The notes under the pieces: model-generated
Told to the model about the DNA's origin: nothing
The model's database searches: none
What the model saw: only the letters and a program-made list of their open reading frames with translations
Assembly: GCA_009936765.1 (NCBI GenBank)
Contig: JAACDL010000171.1
Span: forward strand, 1-33,726
Length of the DNA stretch: 33,726 bases
Source of the DNA: Methanobacteriota archaeon
Lineage (GTDB): Archaea; Thermoplasmatota; Poseidoniia; Poseidoniales; Poseidoniaceae
Direction of reading: 5' to 3'
In this document: positions 1 through 9,411 of the stretch, in pieces
Position numbering within the stretch: position 1 is the first letter of the stretch
Layout: every line of letters starts with the position of its first letter
Made by a program: the position numbers and the translations under genes

Positions 1-1949
1 AAGAACTGCCGGAGCATCGGATGCATTTCCATCGCCTGCTCCTTCTGAATTTGCTCATATGTACGTAATATGATACCTACGGCAAGCAGCAATCCCGTTC
101 CAGAGGCATTACCTACCGTTCCAAGCAAATCCGCTCCTGCAGCGAGTAATCCTACGAAAGCGCCAGAGAAGTAAGTCACTGGTGGAATATAACGCTCTAG
201 AATACGCTCTAGAACAAGCGGATTCTTACGGAACCCAGGAATCTGCATTCCCGTACGTTCAATCTGTTTAGCAACGTCCTTTGAACCCATATTGGTTGTA
301 TCGATCCAGAACTTCGCGAATACCATCGAACCTACTGTCATCAAAGTGACATAGAAGAATACGTGGCCTCCGATTTGCCAAAGGTTGTGACCATAGATGT
401 CACCCTCCTGGTTGAGAATCGGAATAAACCAATCATTCACACCACTAACCATCGAAGAATACCAAGCGAATCCACCACTTGCTGTAGACGAACCTGGCTC
501 ATATGTCCCAATATATTCAGACATACTTCCCCAACCGTTCTTACCAAGAATTGGAGTCTTCTGCAACGTTGGATGGTTCCAGAATAGAAGAGTGAACATG
601 TTGATGTTAGCAAGTAGAGCTGCCATCAAAATAACCGGAATGTTAGATGCGTATACCAAGCGGATTGGGTACTTACCACGATGTCCACGAACCTTACCGT
701 GAGTTAACGGCAATTCCAACTTACTTGATTCTGCATAAGCAACCACCAGGAATACTACTACGGAGGAGAATAATGCAATTACTGGATTGACGTGCGTCAG
801 CAGAATCGTTTCGAAACCGTTGCTCGCTATCATCTCGCCATTCGACGCCTCCCTAAACATATAGAACATCATAGGCAAGGTACCTGATGGTGGGTTTTGT
901 AGACTGTAACCCACGCCAGAAGTTGCCGCTAGCGGGGACAATGTACCTACGAATGTAGATTGAGCAACACCTGCTGCAATGAATAGAGAGATACCAGATC
1001 CAATTCCCCATTTGCTTACAAGTTCGTCGAGTAAGAATACCAGATAGGAACCTGCGAACAGTTGAGCAACGATTACGAAGTTAGCCCAACCCATTCCATA
1101 GTTGCTAATTAGAGCCTGAGTAGGGTCTAAGAAACCATAGGTCTGAGGAATGGATTCGATTGGAATCATCAAAAGAACAAGCAATTTCTGTACACCTTGG
1201 TACATTGCTTTATCTTCAGAGTCTTGTAGATCAAGACGAATAATCTTAGCACCTGCGAAAAGTTGCATGATAATTGAACCAGTAACAATCGGTCCAATAC
1301 CCAAATGCATGATGGTACCAGATGCACCAGCCATGATTGAACGGAAACCACTGAACAAGTCGAGAGCTTGTCCGGAAAGTCCCCAAAGCATGACGTTGGT
1401 CATAGCGAAGTAGATAATCAGAACAAGAGTTGTAGTCCACAACTTCTCGTTGAATCTAACGTGGCGCTCAGGCTTAGTGATTGTAGGGTAAGTGTCTACG
1501 AATCGACGTAGAGCGTACAAACGGCTACTCTTCTCGCCACTGTACATGAAACTAGTGAGGGCTGCTGCTGCTCCGAATCCAAGCAGAAGAACTCCGACTA
1601 GGAGATATCCAACTAGGTCTTGATGGGTTCCATCATACCAAGCGTTAGGTCGGCAATACCAGACTGCAACTCCGACGAAGGCTAACCATCCTAGCATCTT
1701 ACCATAGCGTCCAATGATTGGAACTTCTTTTAGCCCCTCAGGTAGATCTTTGGTGAAACAAAGAATGATGTATGCAACATATGCGACACCCATTCCAAAC
1801 CCGAAGATTGCTCCATCTTGAGCATTTTGAGTAGCATTTCCACCAAAGTTAAGTGCGGTTTCGAATGCTTCGTACTGCCAATAACCTAGCATACCGAAGT
1901 ACAGTATTCCAGTTAGGCCTACTGCCCAAGGGATTGATTGCTTGCCCAT
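1..1949 (-). CDS. secY: Preprotein translocase SecY (Sec61alpha) with ~135-aa N-terminal membrane extension; last few codons run off the window
   Basis: Hand-translated open frame from ATG 1949 (GGAGG SD upstream, in-frame TGA at 1986-1988). Contains PTITKPERHVRFNEKLWTT, AGASGTIMHLGIGPIVTGSIIMQL and the C-terminal EQIQKEQAMEMHPMLRQF. Follows L15 as in the canonical operon. Absent from the ORF track because no stop lies inside the window. Confidence 0.97.
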   Translation of the reverse strand, partial: MGKQSIPWAVGLTGILYFGMLGYWQYEAFETALNFGGNATQNAQDGAIFGFGMGVAYVAYIILCFTKDLPEGLKEVPIIGRYGKMLGWLAFVGVAVWYCRPNAWYDGTHQDLVGYLLVGVLLLGFGAAAALTSFMYSGEKSSRLYALRRFVDTYPTITKPERHVRFNEKLWTTTLVLIIYFAMTNVMLWGLSGQALDLFSGFRSIMAGASGTIMHLGIGPIVTGSIIMQLFAGAKIIRLDLQDSEDKAMYQGVQKLLVLLMIPIESIPQTYGFLDPTQALISNYGMGWANFVIVAQLFAGSYLVFLLDELVSKWGIGSGISLFIAAGVAQSTFVGTLSPLAATSGVGYSLQNPPSGTLPMMFYMFREASNGEMIASNGFETILLTHVNPVIALFSSVVVFLVVAYAESSKLELPLTHGKVRGHRGKYPIRLVYASNIPVILMAALLANINMFTLLFWNHPTLQKTPILGKNGWGSMSEYIGTYEPGSSTASGGFAWYSSMVSGVNDWFIPILNQEGDIYGHNLWQIGGHVFFYVTLMTVGSMVFAKFWIDTTNMGSKDVAKQIERTGMQIPGFRKNPLVLERILERYIPPVTYFSGAFVGLLAAGADLLGTVGNASGTGLLLAVGIILRTYEQIQKEQAMEMHPMLRQF

Positions 1950-2021
1950 GTCACATTCCTCCTTTTTTGTGTGTTGTTGTACTATTCATGAAGATAACGG
2001 AGTAAACCTCGTGTGAGGTAC

Positions 2022-2438
2022 TCACTCCATCTCCTCTTCATCTTCGCCATCGCCTTCAATTGATCCGCCTGCCGCAGAGATTTTCTCTGCTGCCTTTGCT
2101 GACCATTCTCCAACAGTAACTGATATTGCAGTGTTGATTCTTCCGGATCCGAGAAGCTTATCGATTCCCATTTCAGTCAAATCTACTGAATCCTTTCCAT
2201 TTGCTATTTCTTCCAAATCACTTACGTTGCAAGTGACGTGAACTGTTCTAAGGCTTGGTTCACGGTTGAAACCATGCATTCCCCAGTGCCCTGGCATGTA
2301 TTTGATACGAGTCATAACGCGGTGCTTGTTCATACCAGCATTACCACGGCCTCCACGCTTACCTGCTCCACGTCCAGCCTTGTGGCCTCTTCCGTGTGTT
2401 CTGCAGCGTCCACGATGTTTGTTTGCTTTACTCATCAT
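2022..2438 (-). CDS. rpl15: 50S ribosomal protein uL15
   Basis: RGRCRTHGRGHKAGRGAGKRGGRGNAG, KLLGSG, AAEKISAAGG; operon position; GAGGTGA SD at 2441-2447. Confidence 0.97.
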   Translation of the reverse strand: MMSKANKHRGRCRTHGRGHKAGRGAGKRGGRGNAGMNKHRVMTRIKYMPGHWGMHGFNREPSLRTVHVTCNVSDLEEIANGKDSVDLTEMGIDKLLGSGRINTAISVTVGEWSAKAAEKISAAGGSIEGDGEDEEEME

Positions 2439-2445
2439 TCTCACC

Positions 2446-2916
2446 TCAAATCATTCTCTCAACTAATGCTGAGATTTCGTCTCCACGAGCACCTAGGGCT
2501 CCTCCAACTACGAAGGAACGCTTTAGACCGCCCCAGCCCTTAGGGCCGACAGGTGGATGTAGTCTGAATACACGCTTCATTTCAGGCAAGTCCTTGACGG
2601 TAGCATCGCCTGCAACGATAGCCGCTGCGAATTCCTTGATGGATGCAAAGTCGGTGTTTTCGTTGACATATTCGTCTGTGATTGGTTTGTCACCCATCAA
2701 ACGACCACGCTCTGTGATCATCTTTTCAACAAGTCCGACATCAGCATTACCCCAAGTAATGTAATCCTTAGCCTTCTGAAGCATTCCTTTGTACTGTGCG
2801 TTCTCAGGAATGATAACTGCGTGGTTAACACGGGTTAGATTCAGATAGTCCATAGTTTCTCTAATCGAGTGCTCAACTTTGACGTTAGAGCGAGCTCTTA
2901 CAACAATCCAGGTCAT
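2446..2916 (-). CDS. rpl30: 50S ribosomal protein uL30 (long archaeal form)
   Basis: LNLTRVNHAVI, GMLQKAKDYITWG, RVFRLHPP, GGALGARG; position between S5 and L15. Confidence 0.96.
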   Translation of the reverse strand: MTWIVVRARSNVKVEHSIRETMDYLNLTRVNHAVIIPENAQYKGMLQKAKDYITWGNADVGLVEKMITERGRLMGDKPITDEYVNENTDFASIKEFAAAIVAGDATVKDLPEMKRVFRLHPPVGPKGWGGLKRSFVVGGALGARGDEISALVERMI

Positions 2917-3680
2917 TCTAGTAGCCTCCCTTTGTGAATATACAACTCAGCACGCTGAGATTCATTGACACGAGTACGGTTAATTTCTGCGAGTGCATTG
3001 AAAGTAGCAGCTGCATAATTGATTGTAGTACGTGTTTGTCCTTTGGTACGAGATAGAACATCTGAGATACCTGCGAGTTCAAGAACACGCTTTCCTGTTT
3101 CTCCAATAACCAATCCCTTACCAGACGGTGCTGACATGAGAGTTACACGAGTTGATCCTGCTTGTCCTTGTACCTTGAAAGGAACTGAAGTTCCAGGTCC
3201 TACGCTTGATTCCCATGAACCGTTACCACGCTGAACTTGAATCAGGTTGAGTTTAGCAGCGGTTAGAGCCTTACGGATAGTCTGTGCGACTTCCTTACCC
3301 TTTGCCATTGCTAGACCAACATATCCATCCTTGTTACCAACACAAGCCATTACGTTGAATCTTACACGTCGACCGGAGTCAGTCATTCTCTGAACCATGT
3401 TAACCTTGATTACTTCATCTTCGAGGTTAGGAATCAATGCATCTACGATTTCGACTTCACGGATTGGAAGACCAGAAGCAAGTGCTTGCTCGTAAGTAAC
3501 GATTCTGCCAGCCATTACTTCACGGCCGAGTCTAGTCTTAGGTGACCAAGAGCGTAGAGCAGCTATTGCTTCGTCTGCAGATGTACGACGGCGGCGACGG
3601 CCACCTTCGTTTTTCTCTTCTTCCTGTGGTGCAAAGGCCTTAATCAGACCTGGTGCCATCTGGGATGTATCATCACTCAT
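2913..3680 (-). CDS. rps5: 30S ribosomal protein uS5
   Basis: WSPKTRLGR, VQRMTDSGRRVRF, RGNGSWE, TKGQTRTTINYA; start placed at ATG 3680 (MSDD) just after the L18 stop. Confidence 0.96.
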   Translation of the reverse strand: MSDDTSQMAPGLIKAFAPQEEEKNEGGRRRRRTSADEAIAALRSWSPKTRLGREVMAGRIVTYEQALASGLPIREVEIVDALIPNLEDEVIKVNMVQRMTDSGRRVRFNVMACVGNKDGYVGLAMAKGKEVAQTIRKALTAAKLNLIQVQRGNGSWESSVGPGTSVPFKVQGQAGSTRVTLMSAPSGKGLVIGETGKRVLELAGISDVLSRTKGQTRTTINYAAATFNALAEINRTRVNESQRAELYIHKGRLLE

Positions 3681-3681
3681 A

Positions 3682-4194
3682 TCAGAACGCCTCCTCAATC
3701 TTCGACTTGGTTGCTTCAACTGTTGAAGCGTAAGAATCATCGATATGTGCGCCGTTAAGGCGGTCTTCGCCAGGAAGAACAGATTCCCCGTGAGGTATCT
3801 CTAATCCTGCATCGACCATTCCTTTCAGAGCAGCGAACACACGGTTTCCGTTTGAACTAGCAGCCAATCCAATGTCAAGCACTGCTTCATCGTGTCCAGC
3901 AGCAAGTGCGGACTTTCCGAGAGCGTAGCCTACAAGGTAGGATGCTGGAATATTCTTGCGAGAGTTTGACTCAGGCCAGTCGTAGCGAGATACTAGATCG
4001 TCGCCAGTTACGGAGAGTTCAACTATGTCACCGTCTTTCTCCCAAGAGACAACTTGGCAGACTACACGAGTGTTAGAAACTCTAACAACTGCACGAGCGT
4101 TTCCACCCTTTAGTAGCTTTAGACGTCGACGGTAGTCTGTTTCACCTGTTCTTCGGCGACGGAATTGGTTGCGTTGTCGTGGACCTTGTGACAT
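3682..4194 (-). CDS. rpl18: 50S ribosomal protein uL18
   Basis: FRRRRTGETDYRRRLKLL, AVLDIGL, VFAALKGMVDAGLEIPH. Confidence 0.97.
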   Translation of the reverse strand: MSQGPRQRNQFRRRRTGETDYRRRLKLLKGGNARAVVRVSNTRVVCQVVSWEKDGDIVELSVTGDDLVSRYDWPESNSRKNIPASYLVGYALGKSALAAGHDEAVLDIGLAASSNGNRVFAALKGMVDAGLEIPHGESVLPGEDRLNGAHIDDSYASTVEATKSKIEEAF

Positions 4195-4670
4195 TACTGT
4201 TCACCTCCAATGGTGATTCCTTCAACGCCCATCTGAGCCTTCATGTGGCCGATTGAACGGTATGAGCCACCCTTTGCCTTGAGGTAGTAGTGGCGGTATT
4301 GGGAACTCTTGAGAGTTCCATCTTCACGCATTCCTTTCAGAGCGCGACGCTGAGCACGGATGGTAGCCATCCACTGTTGCTTGCGAGGATTGCGAGCGTT
4401 AGCGGAACCGGATCTCTTTCCTTGACCCTTCTGGCGACCCTTTTTCTTCTGTTCTTGGCGCTTAAGAGCACGGACACGGGAAGTTCCCTTGATTGCCTTA
4501 GCCTTAATCCACCCATTGCCGATAGCCTCACGGATATCTTCCTTCTGAACAGATTGTGCAACCTGGTCAAGATAGGATGGGTTGATCCAAACACGATGGA
4601 CACCAACTTCTCGTCCTTCCATAACAGAAAGTATCTGAGCAGCCATCTTCTTTTGGTTAGTAATCTGCAT
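4194..4670 (-). CDS. rpl19e: 50S ribosomal protein eL19
   Basis: VGVHRVWINP, KGRQKGQGKRSG, WMATIRAQRR, YLKAKGG. Confidence 0.97.
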   Translation of the reverse strand: MQITNQKKMAAQILSVMEGREVGVHRVWINPSYLDQVAQSVQKEDIREAIGNGWIKAKAIKGTSRVRALKRQEQKKKGRQKGQGKRSGSANARNPRKQQWMATIRAQRRALKGMREDGTLKSSQYRHYYLKAKGGSYRSIGHMKAQMGVEGITIGGEQ

Positions 4671-5305
4671 CAGCGATCCCTCCTGCGGTTAAGGACTCTA
4701 ATTCCCAATTCATCAGCACGTGAGTGAATAACTTCTCTCTTGCGGCCACCGACGGTAGCGCCAACACGTGCAGCTTGTGTCTCTGCATCCATGTTGTCTA
4801 AATCACTGGAATTGTGAACCATAACTTCTTTGAAACCGGATGGATGTAGGCCATTTGCTGCCTTTACCTTACCGTGACCGATTCTTACTAGAGAACCACG
4901 GTACTTGTAATTGCGGCGTTGCTTGTTATCCATTCCATGTGGAGCTCTCCATCCTGAGCGTGAAAGACGCTTGTAGCGGAACCATTCGGTTCTGCGGAAG
5001 GATGGAGTTCCTTTCTTCTGAGCAGCACGTAGTGCTAGAGCAGCTTTTAGGTCATCAGATAGTACTGGCTTTTGGCGAGCGACGTGTTCTTCATCGGCTT
5101 CCTCATCATCCCAGTCTTCATCTTCGTAATCATCAGATTCTTCGCTGACTTCTTCTTCAGCGACTTCTTCTTGTGCAGGTGCTGAATCTTCAGCACCATC
5201 TTGTAGGCGTGCAATCAAGTCTGCCTTCTTTCCAGAAACAGGTAGGCCTGCTTCCTTTAGCAACTCTTTGAGTTCTGCAACAGTCATTTTATCGTAATCA
5301 CTCAT
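4670..5305 (-). CDS. rpl32e: 50S ribosomal protein eL32 with N-terminal SAP domain and acidic linker
   Basis: C-terminal FRRTEWFRYKRL..WRAPHGMDNKQRR..GLHPSGFKEVMVHN; N-terminal MTVAELKELLKEAGLPVSGKKADLIARL; start ATG 5305 after GGAGG. Confidence 0.95.
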   Translation of the reverse strand: MSDYDKMTVAELKELLKEAGLPVSGKKADLIARLQDGAEDSAPAQEEVAEEEVSEESDDYEDEDWDDEEADEEHVARQKPVLSDDLKAALALRAAQKKGTPSFRRTEWFRYKRLSRSGWRAPHGMDNKQRRNYKYRGSLVRIGHGKVKAANGLHPSGFKEVMVHNSSDLDNMDAETQAARVGATVGGRKREVIHSRADELGIRVLNRRRDR

Positions 5306-5318
5306 GTCAATTCCTCCA

Positions 5319-5858
5319 TCATGCCTTCTCAATCAAGTAAATTCCGTCTTGGAATACACGTCGGTCACGCTTCTTTATGGTTGTAGAGCGTTCGATATTT
5401 GCAGCAGTCTGACCGACTGCTTCCTTATCGATTCCGCTGACGACTACTTCGGTCTTGTTTTGGACCTTCACTTCGACGCCGTTGAGTATTGCTGCGGATC
5501 TTGGGACACGCTCTCCGAAGTAATTGTTTACTACGAAATTGTTGCCCTTTACCGCTAGTGTCATAGGGAAGTGAGAGTAAAGTGCTTTCAGTGTGTATGT
5601 GAAACCATCAGTTACTCCTTTCACCATGTTGTTTAGGTGTGCATTCCATGTTCCCGCAAGAGCTCTCTCTTTACGGCGAGGAAGATCGATGCGAACGATT
5701 AGAGCGCCGCCTTCTTTGAAAACGTCATGTCTTGGACTTGCGAATTCTCTAGATAGGCTACCCTTAGGGCCTGTGATTGTGATCATATCACCATCAATCG
5801 TTGCAGAAACTCCTTCTGGAACTTCTACTGTGTGTTCAATTCGGTCTAGTTTTACCAT
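5319..5858 (-). CDS. rpl6: 50S ribosomal protein uL6
   Basis: ITGPKGSL, YSHFPM, VGQTAANIER, RDRRVFQDGIY. Confidence 0.97.
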   Translation of the reverse strand: MVKLDRIEHTVEVPEGVSATIDGDMITITGPKGSLSREFASPRHDVFKEGGALIVRIDLPRRKERALAGTWNAHLNNMVKGVTDGFTYTLKALYSHFPMTLAVKGNNFVVNNYFGERVPRSAAILNGVEVKVQNKTEVVVSGIDKEAVGQTAANIERSTTIKKRDRRVFQDGIYLIEKA

Positions 5859-5868
5859 TCTAATCACC

Positions 5869-6261
5869 TCAGAATACATATGCTAGGAGTTTTCCACCAA
5901 TTCGGCTGTCCTTAGCATCTTTGTGGTGCATAATACCACTGTTAGTTGTCAAAATCAGTAGTCCGAAATCTTGTGCAGGTAGGTAACGACCTTCCCACTT
6001 ATCGAACTCCTGGCGGCGGACTGAGTGGCGTGGCTTAACAACGCCACATTCGTTTATGGCGCCGCGAAGTTGCACAATGAAGCTGCCTCCACGTCCGTCG
6101 TCGTTCTTCTCAATCGCTCCGACATAGCCGGAGGTTTGCATAATCTCTAGTACAGATCCAAGTAACTTGGATGCTGGAGATAAATCTACGTTGTACTTAC
6201 CAGCTTGCTCTGCATTGTAGAGTTTTGCTAGTGCATCATTAAGGGGGTCAAACTGCATCAT
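5869..6261 (-). CDS. rps8: 30S ribosomal protein uS8
   Basis: DPLNDAL, DDGRGG, INECGVVKPR, YLPAQDFG, IGGKLLAYV; start ATG 6261 or 6258. Confidence 0.97.
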   Translation of the reverse strand: MMQFDPLNDALAKLYNAEQAGKYNVDLSPASKLLGSVLEIMQTSGYVGAIEKNDDGRGGSFIVQLRGAINECGVVKPRHSVRRQEFDKWEGRYLPAQDFGLLILTTNSGIMHHKDAKDSRIGGKLLAYVF

Positions 6262-6268
6262 AATCACC

Positions 6269-6421
6269 TCAATTCATTTTCTTAAATCCTATTTCAGGAG
6301 CAACGTCACGGAAACACTGTCTGCAAAGACGTAGTCCGTGGCGGCGGATCATTCCTCTTCGGCGTCCACATCTGCGGCAGCCGTTTGTTCTTCCAATACT
6401 TTCACCATGGTCTCGAGCCAT
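6269..6421 (-). CDS. rps14: 30S ribosomal protein uS14 (Zn-binding type), 50 aa
   Basis: Hand-translated [50 protein letters not shown]; CxxC...CxxC; lies between L5 and S8; below ORF-track size cutoff. Confidence 0.96.
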   Translation of the reverse strand: MARDHGESIGRTNGCRRCGRRRGMIRRHGLRLCRQCFRDVAPEIGFKKMN

Positions 6422-6423
6422 TT

Positions 6424-6951
6424 TCACTCCTCCAAGATTTTGATGCCAAAATTCTCAACAAACCATGCTCTGGCTTCATCAGCATTGGTTCGGTGGCTTT
6501 GTGCGACTTTTGCACTACGACGTCGGCGGCGGGTGACACGGTGGCCAGGCCTCTCTAGCACGATATTAATGTCCATGCCAAAGATTCCGATATCTGGATC
6601 GTACTTTTGTTCAGGTAGGTCTGTATAGTCAGGAATACCGAATGAAAGGTTACCTGTTCTATCAAAGTTCCATGATGGGATTGTGTTCTCACGAACCCAG
6701 AATGCATCCTTTAGGAAACTCTTGATTGACTCTTGGTCTCTCATAGTAGCTTTACATCCAATTGGGAATCCAACACGGACCTTCAGGTCACGATTTTGTT
6801 GCTTACCCAGAGTTCTGACCGGAGTAACTCCAGTAACTAGGTTCAGTACCTTCTCTGCGTTGGAAAGGCGATCTCCACCTTCACCGACACCGATGTTTAC
6901 GACAACCTTAGCGATTTGTGGAATAGACATTGGATTTACTGTCTCACTCAT
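6424..6951 (-). CDS. rpl5: 50S ribosomal protein uL5
   Basis: [48 protein letters not shown]. Confidence 0.97.
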   Translation of the reverse strand: MSETVNPMSIPQIAKVVVNIGVGEGGDRLSNAEKVLNLVTGVTPVRTLGKQQNRDLKVRVGFPIGCKATMRDQESIKSFLKDAFWVRENTIPSWNFDRTGNLSFGIPDYTDLPEQKYDPDIGIFGMDINIVLERPGHRVTRRRRRSAKVAQSHRTNADEARAWFVENFGIKILEE

Positions 6952-7649
6952 TGGCTCACCTCCACACCAGGTAGTGTGCAATTGCCGACAGAGAATACGT
7001 TGTCAGTAACTGTACCGAACCCGTCGAATTCGACTTCGTTCGACATACTGGAACGCTTGACAATAACATCAGTTACGTCTGCAAGTTTTCCAACGTGAAC
7101 TCCACCAACTAGCATACAGCGAGTTCCTTCTCCGAACTTGATGTGTTCTAGGACCTTCTGCTCCGGTAGTGAAATCTTCAGAGAATCACCAGTCTTGTGT
7201 TCAGATGCATCATCGACAATGATGTTGCGTCCGTCGTGTAGGTGAACCTGTGTCTTTCCGCCCTTGATAGTGGACTTTCCTTCAACACGGCAAACCTTCC
7301 AGCCTGCTTCATCAGCAGAGATTGGGCGGTATCGAAGACGACCGTTTGTGTCGAGTACACAGCGGTAGTTTTCTTCACCAAGTGTTAGAACATCCATTAC
7401 ACCGACTCCACGACGTGTGTCCTTGACAATTCGACCATCGACCTTAGCAAGGCCATTGTGTAGAATTGTGCGGACTTCACGAGTAGATCGTGCTAGACCA
7501 ATAACATCTCTAATTACAATATTTAGAGGCATACATCTCTCAAGACTGTGAGCACCTGCACGAGGACGGGTTACCCAAACTGTTGTCTTGCGTGGAAGAG
7601 GCCAGCTACGAGGGATGGCCAATCGCTTCAAATGACTACTACTTCCCAT
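6948..7649 (-). CDS. rps4e: 30S ribosomal protein eS4
   Basis: HLKRLAIPRSW, GVGVMDV, QVHLHDGRNI, GGVHVG; ATG 7649. Confidence 0.97.
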   Translation of the reverse strand: MGSSSHLKRLAIPRSWPLPRKTTVWVTRPRAGAHSLERCMPLNIVIRDVIGLARSTREVRTILHNGLAKVDGRIVKDTRRGVGVMDVLTLGEENYRCVLDTNGRLRYRPISADEAGWKVCRVEGKSTIKGGKTQVHLHDGRNIIVDDASEHKTGDSLKISLPEQKVLEHIKFGEGTRCMLVGGVHVGKLADVTDVIVKRSSMSNEVEFDGFGTVTDNVFSVGNCTLPGVEVSQ

Positions 7650-7654
7650 TTCAT

Positions 7655-8062
7655 TCAACTCCTGTCAGCGGTCAAGTGTTGCATTCGCAACTTGTCCGTC
7701 TCGTCTAACTTGGTGACGACGACGTTGGAGGAGTGGACCGGCACTGCCTCTTCTCTGTTGTCAGACTTTGTAGCGGTAGCACCTTCGATGAAGATACGAC
7801 CAGTATTGGATTCGACATTGATGACTTTACCCGTAAGTGGGTCAGCATTACGCTTTCCACCGACTCTCTTGCCGCCGTGTGCGTAATCGCCACGTACTAC
7901 ACGGACAGTGTCTCCGACACGGATTGTGACGGAGCGTAGTCCTGCAAGACGGGCGTCTGGTTTGTCTAATAATAGGCGAGCGCGTACACGCTTGCGCTTG
8001 ATGTGCATAGGCGCGTTAGCTTGTGCTTTGCGCTGTTTTCCTGGTTTGCTGCTCTTGACCAT
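7655..8062 (-). CDS. rpl24: 50S ribosomal protein uL24
   Basis: SSKPGKQRKAQANAPMH, IRVGDTVRVVRGD (KOW), VPVHSSNVVVTKL. Confidence 0.96.
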   Translation of the reverse strand: MVKSSKPGKQRKAQANAPMHIKRKRVRARLLLDKPDARLAGLRSVTIRVGDTVRVVRGDYAHGGKRVGGKRNADPLTGKVINVESNTGRIFIEGATATKSDNREEAVPVHSSNVVVTKLDETDKLRMQHLTADRS

Positions 8063-8071
8063 TGAATCACC

Positions 8072-8470
8072 TCATACGATCTGTTTCGCAGTTGCTGCGA
8101 TACGAGGCCAGCGTTCTGCTGCCTCACGTGATACAGGTCCTTTGATATCGGAACCTTGGACATCGCCTTTCTCATTTGTAATGACACAAGCGTTGTCTTC
8201 GAATTGAACCCAAGTACCGTCTACTCTACGGAATGGACGGCGTTGGCGTATTACTACTGCATTGAACATTTGACGGCGAGTTTCAGGGGTACCGCGCTTT
8301 ACTGAAATCTTGATCAAGTCCCCAACACCTGCTGCTGGGTAACGGCGCATAGTACCACCGAGTTTGCTTACGTTGATTAGTTGCCCAATCTTTGCACCAG
8401 TGTTGTCAGCGACCTGAAGTCTAGCCATTGTAGGCAGACCACGGGTTTGCCTTCCTGCGATTCCACGCAT
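8072..8470 (-). CDS. rpl14: 50S ribosomal protein uL14
   Basis: VADNTGAK, AVVIRQRRPFRR, FEDNACVI, GPVSREAAERWPRIA. Confidence 0.98.
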   Translation of the reverse strand: MRGIAGRQTRGLPTMARLQVADNTGAKIGQLINVSKLGGTMRRYPAAGVGDLIKISVKRGTPETRRQMFNAVVIRQRRPFRRVDGTWVQFEDNACVITNEKGDVQGSDIKGPVSREAAERWPRIAATAKQIV

Positions 8471-8805
8471 CAGACTTCACCTCCATTGTTCTCAATGACG
8501 CAGAATGAAACTGTCTTGGAAAGCGGACGGCATTCCATAATTTTCACTCTGTCACCTATTTCTACTCCACCAATACAGTTTGGAAGATGAGCTGAAAGTG
8601 CACTTGTGCGCTTTTCATATCGTTCATATTTCTGCATGTAACGAACATTGTCACGTTCGACAACTATCGTTTTTAGCATACCTAAACTAGCCACTGTTCC
8701 TTCAAGTACCTGGCCACGAAGGCGCAGGGACCCATAGAACGGGCAATTCTCATCATCATCCCACTCACCGGTAGGGGGTTTTACATCAACTCCGATGTCG
8801 CGCAT
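8470..8805 (-). CDS. rps17: 30S ribosomal protein uS17
   Basis: RDIGVDVKPP, CPFYGSLRLRG, KYERYEKR, ECRPLSKTVSF. Confidence 0.97.
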   Translation of the reverse strand: MRDIGVDVKPPTGEWDDDENCPFYGSLRLRGQVLEGTVASLGMLKTIVVERDNVRYMQKYERYEKRTSALSAHLPNCIGGVEIGDRVKIMECRPLSKTVSFCVIENNGGEV

Positions 8806-8810
8806 CGTAA

Positions 8811-9074
8811 TCACTCACTCCTGTTATTGCGGTATATTCTATCCTCGGAACGTTGCCGCATCAGCATTCCGACGATGATAGCATCACTGCTATCGATTTT
8901 GAATTCGATAGAATTCTTCCCAAGAATAACCTCACGATCATTCTCGAGCATTGTTATGGTTTCTCTGGTTTCGTCTACGACTAGACCATTGCGACCGATT
9001 AGAGCCGCGTCTGGAGAAGAGGTGACTATCATGTCACGTCCAATCCAAGATTGATTCAGAACTGCGTTAACCAT
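8811..9074 (-). CDS. rnp1: RNase P protein subunit Rpp29/Pop4 (divergent)
   Basis: WIGR..SSPDAALIGRNGLVVDETRET..RSEDRI matches the Rpp29 pattern; canonical position between SUI1 and S17; ATG 9074. Confidence 0.85.
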   Translation of the reverse strand: MVNAVLNQSWIGRDMIVTSSPDAALIGRNGLVVDETRETITMLENDREVILGKNSIEFKIDSSDAIIVGMLMRQRSEDRIYRNNRSE

Positions 9075-9075
9075 C

Positions 9076-9381
9076 TTATCGCACCTCCACATTGAATCCA
9101 TTGTTTGAAAGAACAACTGCTGCCTTCTTCTTGTGATCTCCTTGAAGTTCAATCACACGGCCTTTCACAGTTCCGCCTGCAGCACATCTGTTCTTCAGAA
9201 GTTTAGCAAGTTGATTGATGTCGATTGCAGAATCTACGATTCCTTCGACCTTTGTTACAATCTTGCCGTAGCGGCGGCGGTCGGTGCTGATGGTAGCTTT
9301 TTGCTGTTCCTTAGCGATCTCTTGGCAGATGCATAATTCATCTGGGAGTCCACATACGTTACAGATTGCAGCCATTCTCAT
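9076..9381 (-). CDS. sui1: Translation initiation factor SUI1 (aIF1)
   Basis: CNVCGLPDELCICQEIAKEQQ, RRRYGKIVT, CAAGGTVK, IELQGDH. Confidence 0.96.
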   Translation of the reverse strand: MRMAAICNVCGLPDELCICQEIAKEQQKATISTDRRRYGKIVTKVEGIVDSAIDINQLAKLLKNRCAAGGTVKGRVIELQGDHKKKAAVVLSNNGFNVEVR

Positions 9382-9411
9382 TCACCTCCGTTCTCTTTTA
9401 ATTTGATTATT

